DNA of 64,000 nt from Podarcis filfolensis (taxonomy: Eukaryota). The notes under the pieces were generated by a model, which did not search any database, had not been told where the DNA came from, and was given only the letters and a program-made list of their open reading frames with translations. This document shows, piece by piece, positions 35,654 to 48,172 of this stretch. The stretch lies in assembly GCA_964270895.1 (NCBI GenBank), contig OZ185449.1; one strand, written 5' to 3'. The position numbers were made by a program, and so were the translations under genes. Position 1 is the first letter of the stretch, and each line of letters begins with the position of its first letter.

Positions 35654-36465
35654 AACAGGCCATTGCAATGTGAATTTCTTTTTCCTAACCAGAATTACTT
35701 GTTTTTAGGGTTAAGTTTTTAAGTTTTTAATTGCTGTTTTCATTGATCTTTTGTATTTTTGTGTGCTGTTGTATACCAACTTGCCATATTTTAAAATGTA
35801 GGTGCAGTGTATAAATATTTCAATACATAAATAAATAGAGAAGAGGGAGAAACTGGGGAGAGGATGTGGTAACCACAACTTGAAAATTAGTGGCCCACTT
35901 CCTGCAGAACCTGCTCTGTGAAGACAAACAGAAATGGCCACTGATTGTTTTATATTGCTAGCACCCACTGCATGCAGGACCTTTGACTGGGTAGCTCTGT
36001 CCTCGCTCTAAACTCTGCAGGTATGCTTGGTATCAGGGATAAGGAACCTCCAGACCTCCAGATGTTGTTGTCATAACCATGGGGCCAGATTCATCTTCTT
36101 CAGAGTGTGAGGTCAAGAAGGGGATTTGCACACAGGGTTCTTCTGCCTTTCTGGGCTGAGGATGGTGCATTGCCATCCTTTGATTATTGCAGAAGTCCTG
36201 GAACAACCAGGCACTTCCCCACTCCATCAGATACCAATGGGTTGGACTGGCCATCTTTAACTGAAGCACCTTTTAATGAAGGTGAGATTTGCAATTGGCC
36301 AATAGGGAAATATTTACATTCCTTCATGCTCAGAAGCAGCTGGATGTTTTAAGTTATGGGGGAAGGGGGCTTTCTCTGCTGGTGTTGCTGCTCTTGCTGT
36401 TTAATCAGAAGAAGATCAAGAAGAGAAGGTATTTTTCAAAAATATGTATATGCAAATGGGTAATG

Positions 36466-37085
36466 GTTGGGTGGGGAACCTCAGGCCAGATATGGCCCCC
36501 ACGCCTCTCTATCTGCCCCTCAAAACTCTCCATGGGCGACATCCTCAACTGCTTTTTGCCCTCTTCGCCCTTTGTCTGTCTGGAATGCGTCCTTGAACTT
36601 TTGTAATGCCTCTGGGTGGCGCTGTGGGTTAAACCACAGAGCCTAGGACTTGCTGATCAGAAGGCCGGTGGTTCAAATCCCCGTGATGGGGTGAGCTCCC
36701 GTTGCTCAGTCCCTGCTCCTGCCAACCTAGCAATTCGAAAGCACGTCAAAGTGCAAGTAGATAAATAGGTACTGCTCTGGCGGGAAGGTAAACGGCGTTT
36801 CCGTGTGCTGCTCTGGTTCGCCAGAAGCGGCTTAGTCATGCTGGCCACATGACCCGGAAACTGTACGCCGGCTCCCTCTGCCAATAAAGCGAGATGAGCG
36901 CCACAACCCCAGAGTCGGCCACGACTGGACCTAATGGTCAGGGGTTCCTTTACCTTTTACAAAGGTATATTAACTGCTTTCCCCACTAATCTCTGGTCCC
37001 AGACACCACTGGCATGTGGCCCTCAGAAGGCTTTTCCAGAAGGGCAATGGACCTTAGGCTGAAAAAAAGGTTCTTTGTCCCCAGA
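36466..37085. mobile_element. Charlie-like hAT MITE remnant split by a Sauria SINE
   Basis: gggtggggaacctcaggcc... on the left; catgtggccctc...gctgaaaaaaaggttc on the right of the SINE. Confidence 0.5.
36614..36957 (+). mobile_element. Sauria SINE (first ~7 nt missing)
   Basis: GGGTGGCGCTGTGGGTTAAACCACAGAGCC...GGTCAGGGGTTCCTTTACCTTT. Confidence 0.96.
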
Positions 37086-38183
37086 GTGATGCCATTTACT
37101 CTACTTCCTTTCTTTTCTGAAGGAAATCAAACCAGAGAGCTGCAGCCCCAAAGGTTTCCCAACCAGCTTCACAGCTCTGGTAAGATGCATTCATGCGAAC
37201 ATCACATCACTTCCCATTGTGACTTTCCCCCTCCAAAATACCTTTGATTCTCACCCTGCTTCATGTACAGCCATCTGCTACAAAGCAATTGTTTTGTCAA
37301 ACCCTTAGGACACGGACAGTGTCTCTGTCATTCACCTCACCTTTTCCAACAATGCAAATATCTTCCATATTTGCGACAGTGAATGTGGGTTGGAAAAATC
37401 CTGCCAGAACAAAAACCAGCCACTTTTTTCTTTTAACAAAGGGTTCCTGAGTGTTGTTTCTGTGAATGTGTGAACTGTGTTGTTCATATCCTGCGGGGAG
37501 GTGGGAGAGAATCTGCTGCTGTCCCATCACCAGCAATCTTCTTCTTCTTCTCCACTCCCTCTGGGGTGTGTGATCACAAGTTACTCTCTTGTTTCCTTCC
37601 TCTCTATGTGAACACATCCTAGGGGAGGGTGTGGGGTGGGTAAGAGTTCTTTCCCCACAGCAGACCTGAACAAGCCACTCCTCGTTTCATCTTAACAGGC
37701 TGCCTTTCTTTTCTTTTTGCATCCTTTGGTCTCTGTTAACTATTTCTCCCTCTCTTTCTCTCTTCACAGTTGCTATCACACCTGATGTCATCTCGTAGTT
37801 CATCTTCTGAAACTGATGAGCCATTTCCTCCTCCCTCCCCACCTCCCATTCCCCTCCACAGGCTCACTTCAATTAATTGCTCTTCTCTTTGGCAAGATTT
37901 GCTGGCATAGCTTTGCCTCTCCTCCTGTTCCTTGGGATACCTCTTGCGTTAAAACTAATTTGCTGCCTCCTGCTAGGATGTAGGTTTCTTGTTTGGAATA
38001 ATAACTTCTTTGTTCTTTATAAAAATGAACGAGCAGGCTGAAGTGACACCTCACACTTAGGCTACCTCTGAACTGTAAACAGACCTGGAATTGGCCTGTA
38101 CATGGATGGAAAGTTGCCCTTCTCTTGAGTGCACATGTGGATTCAGCTTAAGCATCCCCTCCCTTTCAAAAAGAGGGGAAATG

Positions 38184-38184
<1 letters not shown>

Positions 38185-38228
<44 letters not shown>
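38185..38228. repeat. (CA)22 microsatellite
   Basis: Direct reading. Confidence 0.98.
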
Positions 38229-38230
<2 letters not shown>

Positions 38231-38392
38231 ATGCACATATTGCATGAAATTTGCACAAGGTGATACAAACCCAATTGTTAGGGAGCTATAGTAGGAGGGG
38301 GCTGTTGCATTCATGCTCTGCTTATTGTTAGATGTTATGGTTTAATTCACACAGAAATGAAAAAATGTATATGTATTAACAACAACAACAAC

Positions 38393-38531
38393 AATTTATT
38401 ATTTATACCCCGCCAATCTGGCTGAGTTTCCACAGCCACTCTTTAAACGAAGGTTTAAAATGGAAAATGGCTAAATGTGTATTGCTAACACTGGGTATCC
38501 AGCCAGATGGGCGGGGTACAAATAATAAATT
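38393..38531. repeat. Two inverted L2 3' ends forming a hairpin
   Basis: aatttattatttataccccgccaatctggctg (38393-38424) pairs with cagccagatgggcggggtacaaataataaatt (38500-38531), 30/32. Confidence 0.88.
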
Positions 38532-38759
38532 ATTATTTTTATTTTCCACAAAGTTGTTTTCTAAAGGACTCTGAGCTCTTACAGAGTTAATGATTAACGC
38601 ACTGATTGTTGTTCTCTGGTACAAGTGAGAGTTGTAACCTGGGATCACGTGAGAGGTATTGGGTTGCCAATCTCCATTTTGAAGGGAGTTGCCTTTGAGT
38701 CTTTGTCTCCCAAACTCAATGGAGTGGATGTGCAAATGGAGTCATCTCTCTGAACACTG

Positions 38760-39082
38760 CAGGGAGAACAAGCAGCGGTAGAGGCCCTTCTTCATGTGCC
38801 TCTTCCACAAGAGGTCTGGAGGGCGGCAACATGTGAACAGGCTCCCCACTTGTGCAATGCTCTGCCTGAAGGAGCTTGCCTGGCACCTTCATTACATACA
38901 TATTTTTAGGCACCAGATGAAAACCTTCCTCTTCTCCCAGGCAAATTAAACAATCTATGGCCTGTGTGGAGGTGTTGCTGTTTTGGTTTGTTATTATGGT
39001 ATGTATTCTTGTGTTCTAATATTGTAAACTGCCCTGTGATGCTTGGATGAAGGGCAGTATAGGAATTCAATAAATAAATAAA
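38760..39082 (+). mobile_element. L2-type LINE 3' part (second, older family)
   Basis: gaggcccttcttcatgtgcctcttc...ttttaggcaccagatgaaaaccttcctctt...tgtaaactgccctgtgat...gggcagtata...aataaataaa. Homologous in reverse to 45795-46035. Confidence 0.7.
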
Positions 39083-39961
39083 AATGAGGAGAAGGAGGAC
39101 TCTGATGCAGAAGGGGAAGGCTGGGCAAGGTCAGTCTCAGAAGCTGCAGAGCCAGTGCTGGATCCCCCTCCAGGCCAAGGATTTGGCAATGCCATCCTCT
39201 AACTGAGAGGGCTCCATTGCAGAAGACCCAGGGAGACTCAAGGCCTCTCTGTTCTGCCACAGTAGAAGATTGCTGGAGAAGGCTTGACCTCTTTCAGCAA
39301 AGCATCCTCTTGCTTGTTCCTTGCTAGAGCAACAGCATAGCTCTGCATTTCCACAGCCTGTACCACGTTTTGCCGCAGTGCATGAGAGATTGGGACCATG
39401 CCCTTTTTATTTTATGGTGGGGGGAACCTCCCCCCTCCCATACACAGAGAGGAGAGCCCACCACTTTGCTAGGCACCATCTTACACAGGGGTGGACAAAT
39501 TCCTTTATCCAACAATTTGTTCCCCTGAAATATTCTGCCCTATTAGACCCTGGTCAATATTTTATATGTTCTGTAACACAATTCATGGATCTTTTCTACA
39601 AGGGAGTTTTATGGGCTGTTGTTCTTACATTACAAATGCAATCAATACAGGACGTACATGCATATCGCTGGGTGAAGGATTTAAACCCATGAAATCAGTA
39701 CGAAGCTTGGGTACACTTCTACTTTGTTTCCCAGCGTTCCCTACTGTTATGCTTGTGTGTGTTCTAAATCATCAGCATCTAAGGTACTTGGATCTTAGAC
39801 ACTTAGGCCAAAAGGAAAAAGGGGAGAAGAAAAATGTTATATCAGCAGAAGTATTGTGAAGAGCTTACACTGCTTCACTTGTATATTTTCTACAGTTTGA
39901 TGTGACTTCACCAACAGAAGAACTGGATAATTTAAATTCTGAGAAGATGGGCTGTCATGCA

Positions 39962-40248
39962 AGGGCCAGGGTAGTGTAGGGATTAGAGTGTGCAACTCTG
40001 ACCCGAGAGCTCCGGATTCAATTCTCTACTCAGCAGTGAAGGTCACTGGGTGACCACAGGTCCCACACAGTACAAGATTTAAGCATTTAATTCTTAATTT
40101 AAGCATTAGTAACTTTAAACTTCTAGTATCCATTAAATCGCTACATGAGTGAAGTATCTCATTTTGTCACAGCCTAGCCTACCTCACAGGGTTGTTGTGA
40201 GGATAAAATGTGACTGAGTCACTGCCTTGAAGACACTGGAGGAAAGGC
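39962..40248 (+). mobile_element. MIR/Ther1-like (Squam3-type) SINE with an internal insertion
   Basis: tRNA-like head gtagtgtagggattagagtg, CORE-like gaaggtcactgggtgacc, then agcctagcctacctcacagggttgttgtgaggataaaatg. About 100 bp of AT-rich sequence is inserted. Confidence 0.7.
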
Positions 40249-43200
40249 CCTGGGAGAGTATTGAAGGCCCACATTTGGCCCCTGGCGCTGAGATTCCCAT
40301 CTTCATAATAAGATGTCACTGAGAATGTCATCCTAGCCATTATGTTATCTCATCACCAGCCTTCCTGCCATAGGTATTTATTTTTGTAGGCAAAGGCGCT
40401 CATTGTGCTTCCATCAATGCTGTTGGTGGGCCCAATTCAAGTGTTAATGGAGTAGCATGACAGCACTTTGCTTAATGGTACAGTATTTAGGGTCACATTT
40501 GTCTCCTTTACTCCATCCATTTCCTTTCTTCTGTGGAGTTCAGTATAACATAATATAACAGCGTTGGCTGTTATATTATTTTAGCATCTGTCTTTGAATG
40601 AGGCTGTCAGTTACGAGAGCTGTCCAAACCACACTTCTGTTCAGAGCGACTGGAGTTTCTTTGATCCTTCAGAGTGGAGCAATTAGGGTGTTTTAGGCTC
40701 TGGACTTAATGTTTAGATGATAATGTGAGTTAGTCCAATTAACTCCCAAATGTAGTAAGCCAGCTTTGCTGCATCTGGGGGTCCTCCTGTGTAGGGCCTG
40801 GGACCTTTGCTCCCAAAGCCCTACCCAGATGATACCACTGCATTTACATCAGGTACACCTGAAGGGGGGGGGGAACAAAACCCAGTACCCTGGAAGATCC
40901 CAACACTTTTTCTCTTCTAAATTATTTTCAGTTCTGATCCTCTCCTGCAAATACAGCTTTCTCTGTGCTGTTATTTCTATCCAAGTTTTGCATTCCCGCC
41001 GGGAGTGGATCTCTGCAGCATGCCATAAGAAATAATTTCATGCACTGCTGCAGTCTCTTGAAACTAATTTAACATTCTATTTTTCTGCTGCCCATTTCTC
41101 TCTCTCCCGCCCCCCCCCCGCCCCGGCTTCACTTTGTGTCAGTAACGGTTTACAATCTGCCTCACCCAGTGGTTGCATAGACCATTTTCCCCCAACCGTC
41201 AGCACTTTCACTGTTTATATTAGCAACGCCACTAATTAATGAGCTCTAATTTAAACTTGTAATCACTTCCTTTCCCCTATGTGTTTAACTGAGCCCCTCC
41301 TCTCTTTCCATTAGTATCCACCAAGGACAAGAGCAAAGTATACTTTTATTAACCCACATTAAGTCATGCTCCAGGGTGCCCTTATGACAAGGCGAAAGAC
41401 CAAAATATACCTGAAGCTCACAATACCAATGCCAAGTGGGCTGGGTGGTCCTTAGGTAATTTGCATCATTTAAAATTCCATTAACCTTGAATAAACACAG
41501 ATACTGAGATAACACTAGTCTGGAAAGAGAAGCCTGAGCACATCCTTAAGGAGTGAACTCATTAAAAGGTGGCAGAAGCCTCGTTATTATTACTGGTGCA
41601 ACTGTGTGTACCAACATGGCAGGAAATGGATCAGTGTGCTGGATCAGTGTGCAGCTGCCCCATGTGGTGAATCTTGGAACTGCAAGTAGCAGCTTTCTTG
41701 GTGAAAAACGCCTTCCAGGTGACTTCTTCCACTCAGGCTGCCCATTAGATCCTCCTGGACAGGAAGGAACATAGCAGGCTTCCTTTTCCATCTCAAAACT
41801 TGTTTGAAGGAGCAAAGTCTTCTTGAGCTTGAGAGTGTCTTGCATTTCTGCCCTTGCTCCTTGGTCTTGAATCTTTAACTCTGGTTTGCCCTTTGATCCT
41901 TACTGTTCTTTTGTCCAGACTCCAGACTCATTCTTTGCTTCTGCCTCCTGGCTTCTTCTTTGGTTCTGCTCTGCTAATCTATACTGATCCCTGGCTTGTG
42001 TCCTGGCTGTAGACTCATCTTAAACTGTGCAGCCTTGTGTAGGAATGAGGATACATTTAAGTCACTTTGTGTTTAAATTTACCCTTGCCTAATATGCGCG
42101 TTCCAAATCAGCCATAGTTCAAAATTCACACTTTTTCAAATTTTGCAATGCCATTCTCCAGCCATTTAATGTGTACAAAAATACTAGTTCATGATCCCTC
42201 AGGAGCCCAGAATTAATTCTGGAGAGACTCAGTGCTGATATCAAGATCTGTTGCTTCTCCTGACCCACTTCTCCCAAATACATTTGTTATCTGTGGAATA
42301 ATATGTGTTTTGTAGGGTTTGCTTTGACAAACTTTTCTTTGGTATAATGTTAGTTGATAGGTAGTTATTCATGTTGTTACATGCACATGCTAGTGAAAAC
42401 AAAGATAAATGCATCTTATTAGTTAAAAATGATAAATGTGAAGGACTGAATTTAAATTTGGAATAATAAGAAACCAAGAGAAACTGAAATTGACCGATTT
42501 GCCCATTGCTAGCCTTGACATTTGCTCTGTCCACTTATGCCAATGTAGTGATTAGTTAGTTACTAGCCAGGTTAGACAAAACCTCTCACCTGATCTGGCC
42601 CAATAGCATGGATGTTGCTGGGGGGGGGGGCTGGGGGACATGTACCTCCCCAAAATGAGAAGCACTTCCCCACTCTGCCCATTGCTGGTTTCCTGTCATT
42701 AACATATACTCTTACTTTTTTCTTTCATAGATTTAACTCTCCCACTTAGAAATATACTGTGCCCCCCTCCCTGCATTTTTTCTGGCACCATCACAACACA
42801 AAAAAGGGACAGGAATGGAAAGAAATAAGTGTGATAATAGAGCAAACACATTCTTGACTATTCCAGAAAGCTTCAAGGATTCTGTGGAGCTACAAAAGCT
42901 TAACTGTTAATTCAGATTTTTTTAAATATAAAAAACACCTTAAATTTCACTGGATGCTTGCCTGTGTTCCCTGAAGCCAGAACAGACTATATTGCTGTCA
43001 TTTCCTAGCATTCAAGTGATTAAACACAGTGACAGAGCATTTTCACATTCTAATTAGTGTAGCACAGAATCCAGGAGGCAGCTTACGGATAGTGTCCATC
43101 ACAAGAAACGTTCAACTGTTCTATGGATGCTAATCCACAGAAGTGAGAAGGAAGAAATTGTATTGAATATGACTTCCCCATTCATAACTTTCTTGGCCTT

Positions 43201-44285
43201 GACTGGTTTTGAACTTGAGGTGTGTTACTCTGCTGCCTGCTGCTCCTTGATTGTGGAACCCGGGTTCCACAGAGCTGTTAGTAACTCAGCCTTACTGCAG
43301 CAAGTTTTGCACTAAGAACTCTCTGTGGTGCTGCAACAAGCAACCAACCTGCCTTGCTCCTTGGACTCCTTGATAGGACCAGAACAAGACATCATGGGTA
43401 TTTGTACAATCCAATTGTCATCTCATGCAGCTGGCAGAAGCAGCTCACCAGGTGGCATGGAGCTGCTAGGCTACTTTCCTGGCAGCTGGGTCACTACACA
43501 GGTTGGTGCAGTAGAAATGCACTAGTGGAGACCATTTGACAGTCCTGCTTGTGCATTTGTACCACACCAACCTTCCCTCCACCTTGACCTTCCTTCGATT
43601 GGCTCTTGGTAAGCAATAGCAACCTACCTGTCTGAAAGCTAGAGGAGTAGCTCCAGCTCAGCCAATGAGCTGGAGGCAGGGGAGCCACTGATCATGGAAT
43701 CAGCCCTAAAGCCACCTCATAAGTACTCTGAAAATATCATCATCATCACCATCATAAAAATGTTACTGGATTTGTGCAGTGAGGTCTGTTTCCTAAAGAT
43801 CTGCACAGAGACAAGATAAGTAGAATGGATCCACCAGAGGACACATGCAAAAGTGATATGAGCAAGGTCTCATATGTGCTGTGCATTCCACACAGTTTTC
43901 ATTTCATTTCCACTTAATTTCCGAATAAATTTCCTTTTAAAAAAAAATAAAATAAAAAATTGCACAACGCCTTTCTACATTGCAGCTCTCAAGGCAGCTT
44001 GCAACCCATAGAAATGACTAGTGTGCATCAAAAGTCCTGATGCCAGCCTATATAAGAATGCAAAGTATAACAAGAGAAACCAAGCTTGTCAAAATGCAAG
44101 ACTCCATTTCACAAAGAGCGCTGTGAGATAAATGTCAGTGAACAACGAAACAACATCTCTCCCATCAAATGCAACTAATTAAACAATTATGAATAACAAA
44201 GCCAATGGCGGCAAAAATACAACACAGAAATTGCCAGAGGCTAACTGTAAAGAACTGAGCAGCTATGTCCAATCTCTCATTTCCT

Positions 44286-44470
44286 GGGGAAGGGCCATAG
44301 CTCAGTGATACAGCATCTGATTTGCATGCAGAAGGTCCCAGGTTTAATCTTTAGTTAGGGCTGAGAGTGTCTCCTACCTGAAACCCTGGAACCATTGCTA
44401 GCCAGTGTAGATAAGACTGAGCCAAAATGACCAGTGTTCTGATTCAGCATAAGGCAGCCTCCAATGTTAC
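44286..44470 (+). mobile_element. tRNA-Ala-like SINE
   Basis: ggggaagggccatagctcagtgatacagcatctgatttgcatgcagaaggtcccagg...cctgaaaccctgga...cagcataaggcagcct. Confidence 0.85.
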
Positions 44471-45177
44471 TGTCCTGTGAGCTTCATCAAACAAATGTGG
44501 GGTGACCATGATTCCACAAACCACTTCTGAGAATGCAGTAATGTCTTCTCCATAGATCCTGGCATTGGATTATTTCTGAAGTCTTTAAAGAGCAGCTGAA
44601 CAAGGTAGTGGTTAAGTGTATTCATTAGGACTAGGAAGGACAAATGTGCTTCAGTTTAATTGGACTACATGTTGAATGAGACGAAAGAATTATATGAATG
44701 TAATGGGCTGTATAGTGACTAAGGATTTACTCATTTTATTGGTATATTATTCATTACCATGAGACACATCACATGGGAACAAAAGTACACACTCATTTTT
44801 ACAATGTGTTTTATTTTCTCTTTTCACTGCTTTGTCTTATTTAATGCCACCTGATGGTACATTTGCAGGCCTATATTTCAAATTAAAAATGAAGTTGGCT
44901 GCCAGTTCCTAATAGGCTTTGGGGTCTTTTGAGGATTTTTTAAAAGTAGAATTATCTGTGCCTCCTTATAGATTTATTGGGTGTATCACAATTGGGAAGA
45001 GCACCTGAAAAGCTATGTTTTTAAGTCTTAGCATTTGGCGGCTCACCTCTGTGTAGTTTACTGGTTAATAATAATAATAATAACCACAGTTTTAAAATTT
45101 GTATACCGTCATATACCCGTAGATCTCAGGGCAGTTCACAACATAAAATTACAATATAAAAACCATAAATAATAATA

Positions 45178-45312
45178 CCTTATTTACTCGAGTCTCATGC
45201 ACCATCAAATCTAATGCGCACCTAAATTTTCAAAACCTTGAAACCCAAAAAGTATATGCTGGCAAATGTAAATGTGCTGTTGAATCTAATGTGCACCCTA
45301 GTTCTCACAACG
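45178..45312 (+). mobile_element. Tc1/mariner (Tc2/pogo-like) element, left part only
   Basis: TA followed by CCTTATTTACTCGAGTCTCATGCACC; motif aatctaatg(c/t)gcacc repeated. Confidence 0.55.
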
Positions 45313-45314
45313 TA

Positions 45315-45757
45315 CTGTACTTTTCCATGTATAAGACAAGGGTTTTTTTTACTTTAAAATAATGTTTTAAAATGGGGGTGGCTTATACATGGATAGTGCA
45401 TTGAGGGGACGAGCAGGAGCTTGTCAGCAGTGATTTGGTGGTTGATTGGTGGCTGCTGCAGGGCTGCTTTGGATTGGCTGGTGCTGCATTAATTGGGTGG
45501 GTGTTTGATTGCTGCTGCAAGCGCTGCTGTGGATTGGCTGCTGCTGCGGCATATGGGCATGTGATTGCAGGCCGCTGTTGATGAGCTTGTTGGATTTGGT
45601 GACGTGAACGACTGTAAGCATTTTCATTTGGGATCTCCCCCCCCCAAAAAAAAGCTCAACAATTTTGGGCCATCTCCCCCCATTTTCTTAAATCTGAGTC
45701 CCCCAAAATAGGGGTCGTCTTATACGGGGGGGGCATGTCATACATGGGAAAATACGA
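45315..45757. mobile_element. Tc1/mariner (Tc2/pogo-like) non-autonomous element
   Basis: TIRs CTGTACTTTTCCATGTAT / ATACATGGGAAAATACGA, TA on both flanks. Internal (g)attggctg/gctgctg repeats. Confidence 0.8.
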
Positions 45758-45794
45758 TAATTTGACAAAAAAAAGTGTGCATTAGACTTGAGTA

Positions 45795-46035
45795 AAAATG
45801 GTAAATAAAATGAATAATAAAAACAAAGACAATCCAATAACCTCGCTTCCACACCACAAAGGACTGATTGAAGAGGAACGTTTTCACCTGGTGCCTAAAG
45901 GTGTATAATGAAGGCGTTAGCCGAACCTCCCTGGGGAGAGCCTTGCACAAATGGGGGGCCACTGCATAAATGGCGTGCTCTCATGTTCTCACCCCCCAGA
46001 CCTCTCATGGAGGAGGCACACAAAGAAGGGCCTCA
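45795..46035 (-). mobile_element. L2-type LINE 3' part (older family)
   Basis: Reverse homology to 38760-39082 (aacgttttcacctggtgcctaaa...agacctctcatggaggaggcaca..gaagggcctc). Confidence 0.7.
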
Positions 46036-46483
46036 GGGGATATTGCAATGCAGTTCTCCAATGTGTACAAAACTGGGTCTATTATGGGAAATATACATAA
46101 AAATGCATTCAAAAACGTTTTCTTCCTTCTCCTCCTTCTCCTCTTTAGCTTCTCACACCCATCTTTGTCTATACACCTCTTCAAGTTTTCTCCATCAGTC
46201 TCTGTTGTTTGCTTCCTGCATCCATATAAGCCCTGCCATTCATTTCAGATTATCCATCCATCACATAGGTTGTTGTCCTCATGGTCTTTTCAAATTGTAG
46301 GGTCTCTAACACTACTTTATTCCATTGGCCTGAATTGCCTCATGCCACATGCTCTGCTTATGTCTATTTTAACTCTGCAGTCTTTCCTGCTACACCCGTG
46401 ACCTTCAATCTTTATTGTATCCAGTTATTAGTTTTTCTATCTTTTAATAATGTTCATAACACTGTATGTTCTGTGGTGAACTC

Positions 46484-46911
46484 TGAGCGGTGTGAGATTC
46501 CAGGGGTTCCAAGCATTTGTGCAGAATTCGTGTTTCATTTGAAATGAGGGACAGAGGAGGCTGTGGTGTCTTTCTGATATATGGTTTATTTTCACACATA
46601 TACAACCTGAGGCTATGATGGAGGGGTTCCCAGCATTAACAACTCAAAGGGGTCTTGCTTCTCCCATATATGCAGCCTTGAATTCAAAACCAAGCCTAGC
46701 TAGCTTCTAGCTCACACAACTCCGCTCTGTTGTAGCAGCAAGTTGAGGGGAGGGGGCTTTTTTGTCTGCAACAGATCCACTTCCTTTGTTAACTCAATGA
46801 CCTTTCCAGAAGCTAGCCTGGCTATTCCAGGAATTTGAATCATTCCTTCGATTTTAATGTTTGCTGGATCCAGGAATTAGAAGCCTATCGCCCCCACTCC
46901 CACCCCATACA
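46484..46911 (-). mobile_element. 428-bp solo LTR (ERV1- or Gypsy-type 4-bp TSD)
   Basis: TG...CA termini; 4-bp TSD ACTC (46480-46483, 46912-46915); AATAAA on the minus strand at 46585-46590. Confidence 0.75.
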
Positions 46912-47789
46912 ACTCAAAACAATAGCTTATATTATTCTCAAGGTTATTCCAAACAGTAAAATTACAGCAAACATTAAACAAACACACACAAGATTTCGAC
47001 TGCACTGAACAATGTTGAAGAGAGAATTTATTTTTTTAACTGTGGCTTTGAATTTTTAAGCCACTTTTATTTAAATCTTGTGCCTTGGTACAAAGCATTA
47101 ATTCTATGTACAATCCTCCCAGTGCAGCCTTCTCAGTGGATTAAAGTTCTTTCCAATGCATCTTTGCTTGAAAGATTAGCAGGTGAATACATTATTTTAT
47201 AAACCCATATTCAAGAACCAAGAAGCAAAAGGATCCAGTAGGGATTTGGGGCTATTGTAAGGTTGTTAATAACTTAGTCTGTTCTCTACCCCCACCCCGC
47301 CACAAACAACACTTATCATTAAAATATATATTTACTAGAAAATAGCCAAGAGCTTTGTAACTGGAGAGTTCCTTATTTTCTTTATCTTTCAAATCTTGCT
47401 TGCAAGGATTAATGAGCCAAAGATTGGAGCTTTATGTTGCAAGCACTGGAAGCATCTCATAGTCTTTGTAGCAAACTTTTATATTGATTTAGCAGAAATT
47501 GTGTTTCATTAGCAAGATCATTCATCAGCTACAAGAGCTATTGCCATTGTAGAGCTTTAGAACAACCGATTGTCGATCTTCTCTTGGATCAAGGCAAGAA
47601 GAGTCAAGTTGATTGTACCAAAATAAACCAGTTAAACCTGCATCCTGGGATGCCATTTAATAAATCATTGCAGGTAGGGAGCAGGGAAATAGATTCAGGA
47701 AGCTGCAATGTAGAGGAAGTCATGTAGTGTTATAGGCTTAGAACCTAAGATAACGGAACTAGCACTATGGTTCATTGGACAGTGTATTA

Positions 47790-48172
47790 GGGGCCATACA
47801 GAGTGTTTCCTATGTAGAGAGTCACAGGTTCACTCCCCAGCATACCCACATAGGGCTGGTAGGGACCGCTGTATGAAATCCTGGAGCATCACTGACAGTG
47901 GAGGCAGTACTGAGCTTGATGGAACACTAGCCTGAGATGACTGTCTGTATTCTCCTTTAAACCAGCCCATTCTTCAGGATGGTGAGGGATGGAATCTTTC
48001 TTACTTTTTGAGCAAGGACCTGAGCTCAATGGCAGAGCATTTGCCTTGCACACAAAAGGCCCCAGGTTCAAATCTAGTCATCTCCTGGTTGGGTTGAGAG
48101 AGACTCCTGCCTGAAACCCTGGAATGCTGCTGCCCAGCAATGCAGACAATGCTGAGATGCATGGACCAGTGG
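47790..48172 (+). mobile_element. Two tandem tRNA-Ala-like SINEs (about 47790-47935 and 48021-48172)
   Basis: Both carry the head (gctcaatggcagagcatttgccttgcacacaaaaggcccaggttcaaatc in the second) and the body cctgaaa.cctgga...actgagc...gatgga. Confidence 0.75.

Noticed and set aside
44286-44360. tRNA-Ala gene (and tRNA-Lys genes at 4500-4556 and 23640-23697)
   Set aside because: Acceptor stems are broken and the heads continue into SINE bodies with CR1-type tails; these are SINEs, not tRNA genes.
47512-47675. 54-codon open segment with an ankyrin-like IVDLLLDQG
   Set aside because: The rest of the ankyrin consensus is absent and the splice sites are mediocre.
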